Source: Priapulus caudatus (taxonomy: Eukaryota). From it: 40,546 bases of DNA. Shown here piece by piece: positions 37,746-40,546 of the stretch (position 1 is its first letter; each line of letters starts with the position of its first letter). The notes under the pieces were generated by a model. The model was given only the letters and a program-made list of their open reading frames with translations, made no database searches and was not told where the DNA came from. The stretch covers positions 485,908 through 526,453 of the forward strand of contig NW_014577077.1 of NCBI RefSeq assembly GCF_000485595.1. Direction: 5' to 3'. A program made the translations under genes and the position numbers.

Positions 37746-38303
37746 ATTTTTATCACTAGCACAGGCGATTTTGTTGCCAGCAACAAAATCGCCGAGAAAT
37801 CGCCACGTGTGCGCTGCATGACGATAGCAATTTTGACGCCAGAAACTCGTCGCTGGAATATCAAACACGTTTGATATTTGTTGCCAAGTCGCAGAACAAT
37901 CGCTACGTGTGAGCTGCGCTGGCGACTGATTCAGGCAACAGTTTTTGGATTAACCAATCAAATGCATGATTTGAAGCACGTGATCAAATATGGCAGCGCC
38001 CGTGGTATGGAAGAGAACGAGGGAGGACGAACTCGTTGAAATCTGGCAGAACCGCCAATGTCTTCGATATTACGAGTGGGATTTACAGCGATAGGAATAA
38101 GAAAATAAAAATAAAATATATTCCAATAACTTGAAGAACGGTTATCGTGGTGTCAATGGGCGCTTCCATTTTGAACAGGTCACGTAATCAGTTCATACAG
38201 TGGTATGTTGCTGACAGATCGTTGCATTGCCGCCGGATCCCGCACACGTGGCGATTTTTATCGCCCGTACTAGCGATAAAAATCGCCACGTGTGCGCCCG
38301 GCT
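37746..38303 (+). mobile_element. PIF/Harbinger deletion derivative, left end truncated
   Basis: Right end ...CCACGTGTGCGCCCGGCT|TTA, repeated inverted AAATCGCC/GGCGATTT motifs at both ends, and an internal MADF-like fragment. Confidence 0.7.
37990..38110 (+). pseudogene. Frameshifted N-terminal fragment of a MADF (Myb/SANT-like) protein
   Basis: MAAPVVWKRTREDELVEIWQNRQCL, a frameshift, then DITSGIYSDRNKKIK; fits the MADF pattern L-[IV]-E-x-W/Y..CL[WFY]D....Y.[DN]R..K. Confidence 0.65.
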
Positions 38304-38434
38304 TTATCGAAATTCATCTCATCTGTAAATTGAACACTAAAATTCTCTAAATGGCTTATTTATGTGTTTTTCGTGCTACGAGGACTGTGACTATGGAATT
38401 CAGCACCACCCCCTTTCTCCGCCTCTCTCTCTCG

Positions 38435-38488
<54 letters not shown>

Positions 38489-39058
38489 GTCTCATCCTTG
38501 TTATTCTCTCTCTCTCTCTTTCTGTCGCGCTACCAGTTATCCTGTGCATGCTAATGTACGAACATCTCGTGTACAGCCATCTTATGATGCAAATTCTATT
38601 ACTCTTATCCGATTCTCTTAAGAGAAATGGTTACTTGAAAGCGGGGTAAGCAGACAGACGAGCTATTCACTTATGAAACCGTCGTGAATGTGTTTACCCG
38701 GCTAAACAAGTATATATATATATATTTTATATACATATATATATTATATGTGTGTGTGTGTGTACATGTAGTATCTGTAGTTGTACCCGTGTAGCTAGTG
38801 CCTGACACATGCAGTTGTCAGGCGCGTGTGTGAAAAGCGCTTCAATTATCCACCCGGTGAATCTGCCTGCTTGCTGTGAGCACCGCAGCAGCAACTTTGC
38901 TGTTATGTTAGCACAGTAAAATTATTTACGGTGTAGCTGAACGATGGCAGTGGGTGTCAGAGGGTTGAAAGGTTCAGCACTTCCTTCCTTCAGGGATAGG
39001 AAAGCACAAAGTGATCATTCCGAGGTGTGATCATCCCTTAGGGACCTGATCTAATAAT

Positions 39059-39530
39059 AACTAGAGCACTCGGATAGTGCAGACCTCCGCCAAGGCAGCT
39101 GAATTCTCTCACTGTGAAAAATTGTATGAATTAATTAACTAACTAATTAATTAATTGGATCCGGATCACCACCAAAATGTAATGTTACCCCATTTCTGAC
39201 CTATCCTGAAAATTTAATTAATTAATTGGATCCGGATCACCACCAAAATGTCATCAATTCTAATTGTTACCCCATTTCTGACCTATCCTGAAAATTTTAT
39301 TAATTAATTAATTAATTAATTGGATCCGGATGACCACCAAAATCTCATCAATTCTAAGTTAGCCCATTTCTGACCTATCCTGAAAATTTGATGACAATCC
39401 GTCCATAATTTTTTTAGTTAGGCTGTACACAAAGAACGGTGTTATAAACCCACAAACGAACAAACACACGCCGCGAACAAACACACGCTGGTGAAAACAT
39501 AACCTCCTGCCAACCCCTTGGCGGAGGTAA
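39059..39530 (-). mobile_element. Non-autonomous Helentron-type element, family B
   Basis: Subterminal inverted repeats ACCTCCGCCAAGG (39083-39095) and CCTTGGCGGAGGT (39516-39528), terminal hairpin GCACT-CGGAT-AGTGC (39066-39080), a partial hairpin at the 5' end, AA flanks and three internal tandem GGATCCGGAT modules. Confidence 0.8.
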
Positions 39531-39586
39531 CAAACACGCACGCACGCATGCACGCACGCACGCACACGCGCGCACACACACACACA

Positions 39587-39630
<44 letters not shown>

Positions 39631-39707
39631 CAAACACACATCGCTATACAATCGAGAGGATCTATTAAGCACAGCCTGCAAGTAAGTGTGCATGCATGTG
39701 CACTGTG

Positions 39708-40546
39708 CAGGGGTCAAAATAAGTGATGGTCCGATAGTCCGGGGCCAGCAAGACTCTGTGGTGAAGCGGTGGGATTCTAGTAAACCCTGTTAGTCCCAAA
39801 TGTGTTCACATACACGCCGAAACAGTGGAAGGCACAGGGATGGTATCAGGAACCTTCTCGAAGGAATGTTCGTTGGGATCGTTATGAAAGTTTCCACGAG
39901 ATGGCGCGTACGTTTAAGTGTCTTAAGATTAAAGATAGAAGCTCCCATCGTACGTAGTAGCAACAACTATTTGCAAGACAGAATAGGTAAGCACTCATCC
40001 ATTTACCTACACAAGCCTACAGGCTAAAATAGAGAGCTGCCATCTGTAACTAATTAACGCAGGCAAAAACTACACAGTACTATCACCACCACATGCACTG
40101 GCAATGGCATAAGTTACATGTAACACACTGACAGTACAGAATGCCATAGAAATTATACAATTTAAGGAGCATAAACCCTCTTCAACCAAATTTAGCTTTT
40201 GAAATTTCACTGTGACATTGTAGCCTCATACGTCCAGGCATGTATAGATTCTACTAGCAAACCCGGCAGTAAAATTCTTTCTAACACTAGTAACAGTAAA
40301 CAAATCCATGTTTAACCCTCCTCTTGAGGGTCAAAAGGTTATCCGACACTTACTCTTTGCATGTCAGCGGAAAGTACATTTCATGGTCCTTTCAATAAAG
40401 CCATAAAAATGATAGGTCACCGCTGAAACAAAAAAGTTTTTAAACGCTCCGTCAGACCATGTCCTCAGAAAATGTCTAAAATCTGCCCTGTGCCCCATTG
40501 GAAAAATCGGGACTAAATCTTTTGACTAAATCGGACGACTAAATCG
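39708..40546. mobile_element. Composite repeat: CAGGGGTC (hAT-like) terminus followed by a ~750-bp segment shared with 16616-17364; runs off the window
   Basis: 39752-40500 is a close direct copy of 16616-17364 but has unrelated flanks. Confidence 0.75.

Noticed and set aside
39184..39200. TGG G|gtaac as donor of the next upstream TRAPPC9 exon
   Set aside because: Lies in a thrice-repeated module of the Helentron-type element; the true exon is probably beyond the window.

Overview
Repeat-rich animal (most likely invertebrate) genomic DNA, not prokaryotic. It holds the 3' ends of two convergent spliced genes. On the + strand is the terminal coding exon of a TASK-type two-pore K+ channel (KCNK3/KCNK9/SUP-9 family, 1706-2466). 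On the - strand are the last three coding exons of TRAPPC9 (37298-37396, 23591-23715, 10223-10396), separated by two ~13-kb introns. The ORF track hides or misses these TRAPPC9 exons; they were found from splice sites and matching phases. KCNK9 and TRAPPC9 are also neighbours in mammals (imprinted 8q24.3 domain), so this may be ancient microsynteny. The channel has Gln at the TASK proton-sensor His position. The TRAPPC9 stop codon lies inside an 18 x 49-bp tandem array. The introns contain Helentron-type elements, several MITE families (including 38-bp hairpin elements with 7-bp target-site duplications), a Harbinger relic with a MADF fragment, minisatellites and many microsatellites. Comparisons with human, fly and worm proteins are from memory, not from searches.
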